A stretch of DNA of 64,000 nt from Myxococcales bacterium (lineage in GTDB: Bacteria; Myxococcota_A; Bradymonadia; UBA7976; UBA1532), in contig JACKDP010000002.1 of the NCBI GenBank assembly GCA_020633435.1, positions 695,788 through 759,787 of the forward strand. The letters run 5' to 3'. The position numbers and the translations under genes are program-made. Positions 1 through 10,469 of the stretch are shown one piece after another. The notes beneath the pieces were generated by a model, which did not search any database, was not told the DNA's origin, and worked only from the letters and a program-made list of their open reading frames with translations. Every line of letters starts with the position of its first letter. Within the stretch, counting starts at the first letter, position 1.

Positions 1-186
1 GCGTCGCCCCGGCGGCCCGCCTCGACCACCGCCTCCGTCCGGCCCCCGACCTCCACCGCCAAGATGGCGGCAGCCACCACGCGGCCCACCACCTGAGGCG
101 GCCCCACCGGCTCGTCGAGGGTGTCCTCCTCCCCGCGCCTCGACACCGCTGCACCGGGCCCCGGCGGCTGCTAGACTCGCCCCGGC

Positions 187-2355
187 ATGCGCCCCGCGAT
201 CCTCACCGCCCTGGCCGCCCTCTGGGCCTGCACCGACGCGGCCCTGCAGCCGGTGCCCCCCGTCGAGGCGCCGCTGCCCGACGCCTTCCTGCGCGTCCGC
301 GGCCAGGTCTGCACCGAGCCCGCCGACGTCACGCCCTTCCCGGTGAAGATCCTCTTCGTCCTCGATCAGTCCACCTCCCTGCAGTGTACGGACAGCCGCA
401 ACCGCCGGGTACGCGCGCTGCGCGACGTGGTCGACGGCCTCTCGCCGCTGCCCAACGTCTGGTTCGGCTTCATCGGCTTCGCCAACTGGACGCGCGTCCA
501 GCCGTTCACCCAGGACCGCGGCGCAGCCACGCCGTTCCTGGACCCGGCCCAGGGCCTCGGGCCGGCGACCGACTACCAGGGCGCCCTGGCCTCGGCCGCC
601 CGCCTGCTGGAGCAGGACATGCTCGACGCGGGCGCCGCCGTCCGCGCCCGCACCCGCTACGTCGTCGTCTTCGTCAGCGACGGCGTGCCCGAGCCGCGCT
701 GCAACGCCGGATGCGAGGACGACCGCGAGCGCTGCGACGACGGCGGCGACAACGACGGGGACGGCCTGGTCGACGCCGCCGATCCCGACTGCGCGGACCT
801 CGACGACAACAGCCTGCACCCCGACAACCTCTACGGCGTCTGCAACACCGACCGGCCCATCCCCGACGACCTCTACGTCGACATGCCGGGCCGCTGCCCC
901 GCCTACAACCAGCCGCGCCAGATCGCCCAGCGCATCGACGACATCCGTGCCCTGGAGGTGGCCTACCGCGCGGGCGACGTGACGCTGAACACCGTCCTGC
1001 TCGCCTCGCCGCAGGCCGCCGTCGAGGCGGTCTGCCCCGGCGCCCAGGCGGCCTTCGGCTACAACACCGACCAGGCCCGCGAGCTCCTGCGGGGCATGGC
1101 CCGCGCGGGCGGCGGGACCTTCCGCGACATCGACCTGGAGGCCGCCGACGACAGCTTCCTCGACTTCGACTTCACCTCCCTGCGCTCGCCCTACGCCATC
1201 ACCGAGTTCATCGCCCGCAACCACAACAGCCGGCCCGGCCCCGACGGCCCCCGCGTGGACTCCGACGGCGACGGCCTGAGCGACGACGAGGAGCGGGCCC
1301 TGGGCACCGACCCCCTCGGCCTGGACTCCGACGCCGGCGGCGGCGACGGCTACGGTGACGCCTTCGAGGAGCGCGCCCGGCGCGCGGGCTTCGACCCCCG
1401 CGACGCCGCCGCCCCGGCCGTGCCCTGCGGCGACGACAGCGACGAGGACGCCGACGGCCTGCGGGCGTGCGAGGAGGCCTTCCTGGGGACGGATCCCCGC
1501 CTCACCGACTCCGACGGCGACCGCCTGCCCGACGGCCTGGAGCTGGTGGTGGGCACCGACCCCGCCGTGCCCGACGCCGAGGCCGACCCCGATCTGGACG
1601 GCGTGGTGAATCGTGAAGAAATCCGGGCAGGTACCGACCCGCTCGTGGCCGACGCCGAGCGCGCGCGTCGCGCCGCCGTCCGGGCCCGGCTCACCGACCA
1701 GGGCGAGCTGCCGGTGCCCGAGCGCGAGTCCGGCGCCGTGGAGCTGCGCCACTGCTACGACTTCTCGGTCGAGGGCCTCGAGCTGGTCGTGACGGAGCTG
1801 CCCCGGGAGCGCGGCCGCAACCGCATCGACCTCATCGCGCTGGGCGAGCCCGTGGGCATCGAGGGCACCCGCGCGGTGGCCCGTCGGGCCTGCGTCGAAG
1901 CACGCCTGCCCGGCCCCGGCCGCAAGGACCCGCCCGACGGTGACGTCGACCTGCGCCCGGCGGCCTGGGCAGCCCTGCGCGCGGACCTGGAGGCCCGCGT
2001 CGCCCGCGTCGCCGCCTGCGCCGCCCCCGAGGATCCCACCCTCTTCGACCGCCCGGCCCTGGACGACGTGCTCACCCGCTGCCTGCCCCGCACCGTCCAG
2101 CTGGACCGCATCCTCTACGACCGCGCGGAGCTGCAGGCCCTGCTCGTCGCCTACCTGCACCGCGACCTCCGCCCCCGCCTGCCGGTCGAGGCGTCCGACC
2201 TCTTCTGGCCGGCCGAGCTCTTCGATCCCGACGCCCACTGCCTGCGGCCCTGGGAGCTGCGCCGCGTCGTCGCGCTGCTGGCCGCCCTGGAGGCGGCGTG
2301 CGCGACCTGTGGCGCGGCGGGCCCGGACGCCGGCGTCGACGGGGGCCCGCCGTGA
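187..2355 (+). CDS. vWA-domain lipoprotein with thrombospondin-type-3-like Ca-binding repeats
   Basis: Lipoprotein-type signal peptide (LAALWAC). vWA/MIDAS start motif KILFVLDQSTSL. Multiple DxDxDGxxDxxE repeats (DSDGDGLSDDEE etc.). Long clean ORF. Confidence 0.75.
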   Translation: MRPAILTALAALWACTDAALQPVPPVEAPLPDAFLRVRGQVCTEPADVTPFPVKILFVLDQSTSLQCTDSRNRRVRALRDVVDGLSPLPNVWFGFIGFANWTRVQPFTQDRGAATPFLDPAQGLGPATDYQGALASAARLLEQDMLDAGAAVRARTRYVVVFVSDGVPEPRCNAGCEDDRERCDDGGDNDGDGLVDAADPDCADLDDNSLHPDNLYGVCNTDRPIPDDLYVDMPGRCPAYNQPRQIAQRIDDIRALEVAYRAGDVTLNTVLLASPQAAVEAVCPGAQAAFGYNTDQARELLRGMARAGGGTFRDIDLEAADDSFLDFDFTSLRSPYAITEFIARNHNSRPGPDGPRVDSDGDGLSDDEERALGTDPLGLDSDAGGGDGYGDAFEERARRAGFDPRDAAAPAVPCGDDSDEDADGLRACEEAFLGTDPRLTDSDGDRLPDGLELVVGTDPAVPDAEADPDLDGVVNREEIRAGTDPLVADAERARRAAVRARLTDQGELPVPERESGAVELRHCYDFSVEGLELVVTELPRERGRNRIDLIALGEPVGIEGTRAVARRACVEARLPGPGRKDPPDGDVDLRPAAWAALRADLEARVARVAACAAPEDPTLFDRPALDDVLTRCLPRTVQLDRILYDRAELQALLVAYLHRDLRPRLPVEASDLFWPAELFDPDAHCLRPWELRRVVALLAALEAACATCGAAGPDAGVDGGPP

Positions 2356-4157
2356 TGGTCCGCGTCCTCGCCCTGGCCCTGCTGGCCGCCGCCTGCAGCC
2401 GCGCCGACCTGGAGGCCATCCCGGCGCCGCCGCCCCCACCCCGCGACGACCGGCTGGCCGTGTCGGGCGAGCTGTGCACCCTGCCCCCCGACCGCCGCGA
2501 CTTCCCGCTGCGCGTGCTCTTCGTCGTCGACGCCTCGGAGTCCATGGAGGTGACGGATCCCCCCGATCCGGCCACGGGCCTCACCGGGCGCGAGGCGGCC
2601 GTCGCCGCGACCTGGGGCCGGCTGCTCGACCAGAGCCCCGATCAGGTGAAGGTCGGCATCATCCGGTTCTCGGCCCAGGCGGCCTCCCGCACGCCCGTGG
2701 ACGCCGACGCCGACGGCCTGCCCGAGTCGTACTTCTCGGCCAACCGCGACCAGCTCGCCACCGCGACGGCGGCCCTGCGCTTCACCGACCGGACCACCAA
2801 CTACCGCAACGCCCTCGACGAGGCCTACCTCGAGCTGCGCACCGAGCTGCTGCGGGCCGAGGACGAGAGCAGCCCGCGCACCCGCTACGCCGTCATCTTC
2901 GTCTCCGACGGCCTGCCCGACGAGACCGGGGGCGAAGCGGGCCGCAACACGGCCGACGACATCGTGGCGGGCGTGCAGGCCCTGGCCGACCTGGCGGCGC
3001 TCTTCGACGTCGGGGATTTCTCCTTTCACACCGTATACTTGTCGAATCCGGAGGGCGTCTTGCTCGACCAGCCCGCCCAGGCGCTCCTGACGCGCATGGC
3101 CGAGGCGGGCGGGGGCACCTACCGCAGCGTGCCCCAGGGCGAGACGCTCGACTTCCTGCACATCGACCTGACCAGCCTCCAGCGGCTCTACCGCCTGCGC
3201 TCCCTGGTGGCCCTGAACCTCAACCAGGCGACGTCCGCCGGGCAGATCCCCGCGACGCCCGTCCCCGCGCTCGATGACGGCGCGTTCAAGGACCTGGACC
3301 TGGACGGCGAGCCGTCGTGCGGCGACCTGCTCATCGACAGCGACGGCGACGGGCTGGCCGACCTGGTGGAGCAGCGCATCGGCACGGACCCCCTGGCCAC
3401 CGACACCGACGGCGACGGCGTGGGCGACCGGCTGGAGTGGCGGGCGCGCACCTCGGGCCTCGACCCCCTCGACCCCACCGACACGGGCTGCTTCGTCCCC
3501 GACCGCGCCGAGCCGGGGGCCTGCGAGGACGCCGACGCCGACGGCTTCTGCGACTGCCCCGACGTGGACGCCGATGGCCGCTGCGACTACCCCGACACCG
3601 ACGGGGACGGCCTGACGGACTGCGAGGAGATCTTCCTGGGGTCGAGCCAGGTGCTCGCCGACAGCGACGCCGACGGGGTGCCCGATCTGGTGGAGCTGCG
3701 CCTCGGCACGAGCCCCGTCGATGACGACGGCCCCCGGGATCTGGACTGGGATGGCACCCCCAACGGCGTCGAGCTGCGGACGGGGGGCGATCCGCTCTGC
3801 GACGACGCCGCGAGCCGCTCCGAGAGCGCCCTGGACGTGACGCTCGAGGAGGCGGGCACCGCCGGCGCCTCCCTGTGCTATCGCTTCCGGGTCGCCCGCC
3901 TCACCCTGCTGCCCACCCGGGCCAACGCCGGCGCCGACGCCCCGGGCAACGGCCTCAACCGGGTGCTGCTCTTCGCCGGCGAGGCGGCCTTCGACGATCC
4001 CGGCGCCTTCGCCGCCTGGCGCGTCGCCTGCGTGGAGGCCCGCTACCTGCTCGACGGCGACCGCAAGGACCCGCCCTCCGGCCGCATGGCCCTGGTGGAC
4101 GAGGACTTCGTGCCGCTGGCCCGCTTCGATCCGCGCCTGCACTGCCGGCGCCCATGA
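2355..4157 (+). CDS. vWA-domain lipoprotein with TSP3-like repeats, paralogue of the upstream gene
   Basis: ATG overlaps the upstream stop (TGATG). Lipobox LLAAAC. vWA MIDAS motif LRVLFVVDASESM. TSP3-like repeats DSDGDGLAD and DTDGDGVGD. Confidence 0.75.
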   Translation: MVRVLALALLAAACSRADLEAIPAPPPPPRDDRLAVSGELCTLPPDRRDFPLRVLFVVDASESMEVTDPPDPATGLTGREAAVAATWGRLLDQSPDQVKVGIIRFSAQAASRTPVDADADGLPESYFSANRDQLATATAALRFTDRTTNYRNALDEAYLELRTELLRAEDESSPRTRYAVIFVSDGLPDETGGEAGRNTADDIVAGVQALADLAALFDVGDFSFHTVYLSNPEGVLLDQPAQALLTRMAEAGGGTYRSVPQGETLDFLHIDLTSLQRLYRLRSLVALNLNQATSAGQIPATPVPALDDGAFKDLDLDGEPSCGDLLIDSDGDGLADLVEQRIGTDPLATDTDGDGVGDRLEWRARTSGLDPLDPTDTGCFVPDRAEPGACEDADADGFCDCPDVDADGRCDYPDTDGDGLTDCEEIFLGSSQVLADSDADGVPDLVELRLGTSPVDDDGPRDLDWDGTPNGVELRTGGDPLCDDAASRSESALDVTLEEAGTAGASLCYRFRVARLTLLPTRANAGADAPGNGLNRVLLFAGEAAFDDPGAFAAWRVACVEARYLLDGDRKDPPSGRMALVDEDFVPLARFDPRLHCRRP

Positions 4158-6385
4158 GGACGCCGATGCCCGCCCGCCGCGCCCCCTGGCTGCTCATCCT
4201 GGCCCTCGCTGGCTGCGACCAGGGCCCCGACGCCACCGGCCTCACCGACGCCGCGGCCAGCGCGGGGCCCGTCTGCGCGTTCGACGAGTCCACCGATCCC
4301 GCCAGCGCGCTCCCGCTCTCGCCGGGCGCCCCGACCACGGGTCACCTCTGCCCCGTGGGCGACGCGGACTGGTACCGCCTCACCGTGCCGGCCGGCCACG
4401 CCCTCGTCCACGTCGCGCTGGCCATGGAGGCCGTCGTCTCCCCCGTGGAGGCCACCTGGTCCCTGCGGGCCGACGACGGCGCCGGCGCGGCCGTGGCCGG
4501 CCCGGCCCCGAGCGCCGTAGGCGGCCCCCTCGCCAGCACCCACTGCGTGGCCCCCGGGGCCTACGCCCTCGTCGTCCGCGACCAGGGGGACGACGCCCAG
4601 GACCGCCGCACCGCCTACCGCCTGCAGATCGACACGGCCCCCGATCCCGACGCCGCCGAGCCCGACGGCAGCCCGGCGCAGGCCCAGCCCCTCGGCGCGA
4701 GCGCGACGGGCCACATCGCCTGTCGCGGCGACGAGGACTGGTACGCCGTCGAGGTGGGCCCGCAGGCGCTCGTGCGCTTCGCCCTGACCGCCCCGGCGGG
4801 CCCCTGGCAGCCCCGCCTCCGGGTCGCGGATGCCGACGGCAACACCCTGATCTCGTTGACGAATCCAGCCGGCATCCGGGAGGCCACCGACCTGCGACGC
4901 GCCGTCGCAGCGCCGCCGGGGCGCGTCTACCTCGTCGTGAGCGACGACGACGGCGCGGACGCCGATCCCGGCGCCATCTACACCCTCACGGCAGAGGCCA
5001 CGGCCGAGCTCGACGCCTTCGAGCCCAACGAGACCGCGGCCGAGGCGACCCCGCTGGACGCGCTGACCTGCGGCCCGGACTGGACGCCCTGGCAGGTGCG
5101 CGAAGGCACGTTCGGCCGCGTCGGCGACACCGACTGGTTCCGCCTGCCCCTCGAGGGCTGTGGCCAGGGCCTCATCGAGGCAGAGCTCTCGCTGCCCACC
5201 GACGACCTGAGCCCGGCCGCCGCCTGGGCCCTGCAGGCCGGCCTCCAGCCCTCGCTCGCCGTCGTCCGGGGCCATGAGGACAGCCCCTGCGACGCCGACG
5301 AGGCGTGCCGCGCGCTGCACCTGAGCTGCCAGGACGCCTGGGGCTGCGCCGGCTACGGCAACGTCTGCCTGGCCGACAGCCGGTGCGCGGGCGCCACCGC
5401 CTGCCTGCCCGAGGGCCACTGCGGGGCCTTCCGGGTGGAGCGCCACCCGACCGCGCGCCCCGTCCCCGAGCCCGTCGTGGAGGCCCCGCCCCCCCTGGGC
5501 GCGCGCGTGTCCGCGCCGCTGGAGCGCCGCGCCGCCCTGTACCTGCGGATCAGCGACTTCGGTGGTGACGCGGAGGCCCCCGACCGCCCCTACCGCCTGC
5601 GCGTCCGCGTCCGCCGCGACCCCGACCGCAACGAGCCCTCCAACGTCTACACCCCGAACCCGCAGCGATCGGACCCGGCGAGCGTGCAGGCGCGCTTCGC
5701 GGCCCGCAACCCGCTGGTGCCCGTGCACGACTGCACGCAGGCCGCCTCGCCGGACGCGGGCGTGGCGGACGCCGGCCCGCGCGACGCCAGCCCCCGCGAC
5801 GCCAGCCCCCGCGACGCCGGCCCGCGCGACGCCAGCCCGCGCGACGCCCTGGCGGCGGACGCCCAGGCCGTCGACGCGGCCCCGGCCGACGCCGCCCCCC
5901 AGCCCAAGGAGGGCGAGCGCCTCGTCCCCGGCTGCTGCGGCCCGGGGGACTGGATCGAGGGCGCCCTCTCCTACGAGTACGACCAGGACTGGTACGCCTA
6001 CGCCCACCCCTGCCCCGGCGAGGACTGCATGATCCGCATCCGCTACGAGGTGGACGGGGGCCCGGCCGACCAGCTCTGGCAGATCTTCCGCCGCGATCAG
6101 CTCTGGTTCGATCCGGTGGTGCCGGTGGAGGAGCTGCCCATGAGCCCGGCCCGGGCCGGCGCCTTCGGCGGCCTCGACGCCGCGGACGCCTGCTTCTACG
6201 CCTACCGCGGCCACAGCGGCACGGCCGAGGAGCCCTACCTCTACAGCCTCGCCATCCGCGATCTGTTGCCGACGGTGGACTGGTCGCCGGACCAGCGCTA
6301 CCGCTTCTGCATCGAGAAGGTGGTGGCGGGCTGCGAGGCGCCCTGCCAGCCCTACGACGACGGCTGCGGCCTGCCCCGCCGCTGA
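4154..6385 (+). CDS. secreted lipoprotein with repeated PPC-like (pre-peptidase C-terminal-like) beta-sandwich modules and a C-terminal Cys-rich module
   Basis: ATGA overlap with the upstream gene. Lipobox LALAGC. Four repeats of the pattern GH(L/I)C..GD.DWY.(L/V) (for example GHIACRGDEDWYAVEV). Confidence 0.7.
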   Translation: MRTPMPARRAPWLLILALAGCDQGPDATGLTDAAASAGPVCAFDESTDPASALPLSPGAPTTGHLCPVGDADWYRLTVPAGHALVHVALAMEAVVSPVEATWSLRADDGAGAAVAGPAPSAVGGPLASTHCVAPGAYALVVRDQGDDAQDRRTAYRLQIDTAPDPDAAEPDGSPAQAQPLGASATGHIACRGDEDWYAVEVGPQALVRFALTAPAGPWQPRLRVADADGNTLISLTNPAGIREATDLRRAVAAPPGRVYLVVSDDDGADADPGAIYTLTAEATAELDAFEPNETAAEATPLDALTCGPDWTPWQVREGTFGRVGDTDWFRLPLEGCGQGLIEAELSLPTDDLSPAAAWALQAGLQPSLAVVRGHEDSPCDADEACRALHLSCQDAWGCAGYGNVCLADSRCAGATACLPEGHCGAFRVERHPTARPVPEPVVEAPPPLGARVSAPLERRAALYLRISDFGGDAEAPDRPYRLRVRVRRDPDRNEPSNVYTPNPQRSDPASVQARFAARNPLVPVHDCTQAASPDAGVADAGPRDASPRDASPRDAGPRDASPRDALAADAQAVDAAPADAAPQPKEGERLVPGCCGPGDWIEGALSYEYDQDWYAYAHPCPGEDCMIRIRYEVDGGPADQLWQIFRRDQLWFDPVVPVEELPMSPARAGAFGGLDAADACFYAYRGHSGTAEEPYLYSLAIRDLLPTVDWSPDQRYRFCIEKVVAGCEAPCQPYDDGCGLPRR

Positions 6386-6402
6386 CCGGCGTCCGAAATG
6401 AA

Positions 6403-6424
6403 AGCGGCGCCCGAAGGCGCCGCT
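6403..6424. terminator. GC-rich hairpin, candidate bidirectional terminator between convergent genes
   Basis: AGCGGCGCC-cgaa-GGCGCCGCT: perfect 9-bp stem with a 4-nt loop. An A-rich tract lies upstream on the + strand, which gives a T-tract for the minus-strand gene. Confidence 0.45.
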
Positions 6425-6447
6425 CTCTCACCGCAGGAGGACGGGGC

Positions 6448-7575
6448 TCAGTTGCCCGCGCTCACGCCCGCGATGGCCTGGGCCTGCATCTCCACGAGGA
6501 GGCAGACGCCCACGGCGTTGCAGTCACCCGAGCCAGGGGCGCAGGCCGAGGCCTGGCCGTTCTCGTAGTTGGCGTCGGGCTGCACGAGGGCGGTGAGGAT
6601 GCCGTAGGCGACCTCGGGATCCGTCCCCGGGGGAATGACGGCGCCGATGGTGCCGCAGATGGACGAGTCGGGGTTGGCCTCGCAGAAGGCCTGGAGGCCC
6701 ACGATCAGGTCCAGGATGGCCGGCTTCGTGAAGTAGCCCGCCAGCACGCCGTTCTGGGACGCGAAGCCGTTGGCCTGCATCTGCAGCGTGCCCTTGACGC
6801 GGGTGTCCGCCAGGCCCAGGGGCAGCGGGATGCCGTCGATCAGGGGCAGGTTCAGGGAGATGTTCTGCTCGGAGGTGAGCAGGGCAGCGCCCGTCACGGA
6901 GGTGTCGGGGAACGAGATGAGGGGGTTGTTGGCGGGATCGCCACCCTCGAAGGAGACCGGGTCGATGAAGAACTCGTCGCCGACGGCCTCGCCGGTGAAG
7001 AGGTTCATCGTCACGGTGCCGACCTGGTTCCCGGTCTGGCCCTCTTCCCAGCCCTTGAGCTGGGCCATGAGGATCAGGGAGATCTCGCCCATCTCGTCGG
7101 GCTGCACCAGGGAGGACAGGCCGCCGTCGACGAGAGCGCCGAGGGCCGACAGGCTCGCGCCCTGGTTGAAGGCCACGAGGCCGCAGCCGGCGTCCTCACC
7201 CGCCTGGGGAGACTCGGGGATCTCCAGGTAGGTCACCCGGCCCGAGGGGCCCCACTCGGCCACGGGGCCGGCGGGATCGGTGTCGGCGTTGGGGTCGCCA
7301 CCGGCGCCACCGGCGCCGCCGCCCTCGCCGCCAGCGCCACCGGCACCGCCAGCGCCACCGGCACCACCAGCGCCACCAGCGCCGCCAGCACCACCAGCGC
7401 CGCCCATGCCACCGGCACCACCAGCGCCGCCCATGCCACCAGCGCCGCCCTGGCCGCCAGCGCCCATGTCAGCGCCCTGCTGGCCGTCGTCACCGCTGCC
7501 GCCGTCATCACAGCCGGCGAGCGTCAGGCCGCCGACCGCGAGGCCGATCACGAGAAGTTCGAGAGTCTTGCGCAT
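6448..7575 (-). CDS. Gly/Ala-rich lipoprotein, hypothetical
   Basis: MRKTLELLVIGLAVGGLTLAGC lipoprotein signal. Long GGAGG linker followed by a globular C-terminal domain. The internal ATG at 7575 is preferred over the ORF-track start at 7626. Confidence 0.6.
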   Translation of the reverse strand: MRKTLELLVIGLAVGGLTLAGCDDGGSGDDGQQGADMGAGGQGGAGGMGGAGGAGGMGGAGGAGGAGGAGGAGGAGGAGGAGGEGGGAGGAGGDPNADTDPAGPVAEWGPSGRVTYLEIPESPQAGEDAGCGLVAFNQGASLSALGALVDGGLSSLVQPDEMGEISLILMAQLKGWEEGQTGNQVGTVTMNLFTGEAVGDEFFIDPVSFEGGDPANNPLISFPDTSVTGAALLTSEQNISLNLPLIDGIPLPLGLADTRVKGTLQMQANGFASQNGVLAGYFTKPAILDLIVGLQAFCEANPDSSICGTIGAVIPPGTDPEVAYGILTALVQPDANYENGQASACAPGSGDCNAVGVCLLVEMQAQAIAGVSAGN

Positions 7576-7693
7576 CCCTATATCCCCATTCCGTTTGGGT
7601 CGGCGGCTGGGATCACCCCCGCCCACCGCGCCGGCGCCGTTTTAGCAGATGGGCTCGGGACGGCGCAAAAGATCGATGAGGTTGTTTCTGCTT

Positions 7694-9490
<1,797 letters not shown>

Positions 9491-9638
9491 CAACGCTCCG
9501 TGGGCAGCGGGCCGCCCCGAGGGGCGAGGGGTACACGACGCCCGCAGGATACGCGAGGTCGGCCCGAAGCTGAACCGCGCTCGCAACGCCCCCCGCGCCC
9601 GCGGCGTTCTCTCTTGCAGATCAGGGCCTTGCGCTGCC

Positions 9639-10469
9639 CTAGAACGAGAAGCCCACCCCGAGGCCGCCGCCGGTGGGGCCGACGACCGGCCGGACCGTCG
9701 GCTGGATGGTCGTGCGCTTCACCTCGATCTCGTCGCGGAACGTGACGAGGGCGTGCACCACCCCGCCCACCATTAGCGCCGCCGCCACCCCGCCCGAGAC
9801 GAGCTGGGCGGTGCGCAGCGACCGCGCCTGATCCACGTCCTGGGGCGTGAAGAGCCCGTCGGGCTGCCGCAGGCTCTCCGACGCGATGAGGAAGGTGGCC
9901 GACAGCGCCACCGCCACCAGCTCCGAGCCCAGGAAGAGGCCCCCGAGCAGATCGTCGCCGTTCTGGAACTGGCCCACCCCGAAGGGCACGGCGGCCACGA
10001 GCTTGGAGTTGCGGCGGCGGTCGACGACCACCTGCACCATGCTCTCCTTCTTGCGCAGCTCCGCCTCTTCGGCCTTCTTGCGCTCGATGGCCTCCTGCCG
10101 CTTGCGGATCTCCTCCTTCAGCTCGGCGCGAATGCCCTCGTAGAAGGCCACCGCCGGCGGGGGCACCCGCACCGGATCCAGGCGCTTCTCGGGCCGGTAG
10201 AGGACGAGCGCCTCGAAGACGTCCCGCGCCTCGTCGGGCTGGCCGAGGTAGAAGTAGGACAGGCCCCGCAGCTCGTACGCCTCGACGATCTCCTCGGCGT
10301 CGGCGAAGAGGGCCTCCTCCTGGCCGGCGATGGGCTTGAGCGTCTCGATGACCAGCCGGTAGTCGCCGTAGAGGTAGGCGTTGCGCCCCTGCACGAGGCG
10401 CTCGACGGGCGACTGGGCCGCCGCCAGCGCCGGCAGCAGCAGCGCGAGGAGCGCGATCAGCCGGACCAC
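9639..10469 (-). CDS. signal-peptide protein with TPR-like N-terminal domain and C-terminal transmembrane segments
   Basis: MVRLIALLALLLPALAAAQ signal. Hydrophobic C-terminal helices. Immediately downstream of the kinase stop (10470), so probably co-transcribed. Confidence 0.55.
   Translation of the reverse strand: MVRLIALLALLLPALAAAQSPVERLVQGRNAYLYGDYRLVIETLKPIAGQEEALFADAEEIVEAYELRGLSYFYLGQPDEARDVFEALVLYRPEKRLDPVRVPPPAVAFYEGIRAELKEEIRKRQEAIERKKAEEAELRKKESMVQVVVDRRRNSKLVAAVPFGVGQFQNGDDLLGGLFLGSELVAVALSATFLIASESLRQPDGLFTPQDVDQARSLRTAQLVSGGVAAALMVGGVVHALVTFRDEIEVKRTTIQPTVRPVVGPTGGGLGVGFSF

Noticed and set aside
384-3277. Long Arg/Pro-rich ORFs in alternative frames (for example 384-1358 + and 1940-3277 +) overlapping the vWA genes
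   Set aside because: Pure low-complexity RGRP/PGR translation, typical of an off-frame reading of 72% GC coding DNA. The in-frame vWA products carry real domain signatures.
7233-7645. ORFs encoding PAPPAPP/AALVVL repeats (7233-7511 - and 7280-7645 +)
   Set aside because: These are an off-frame and an antisense reading of the GGAGG linker region of the lipoprotein gene 6448-7575, not independent genes.
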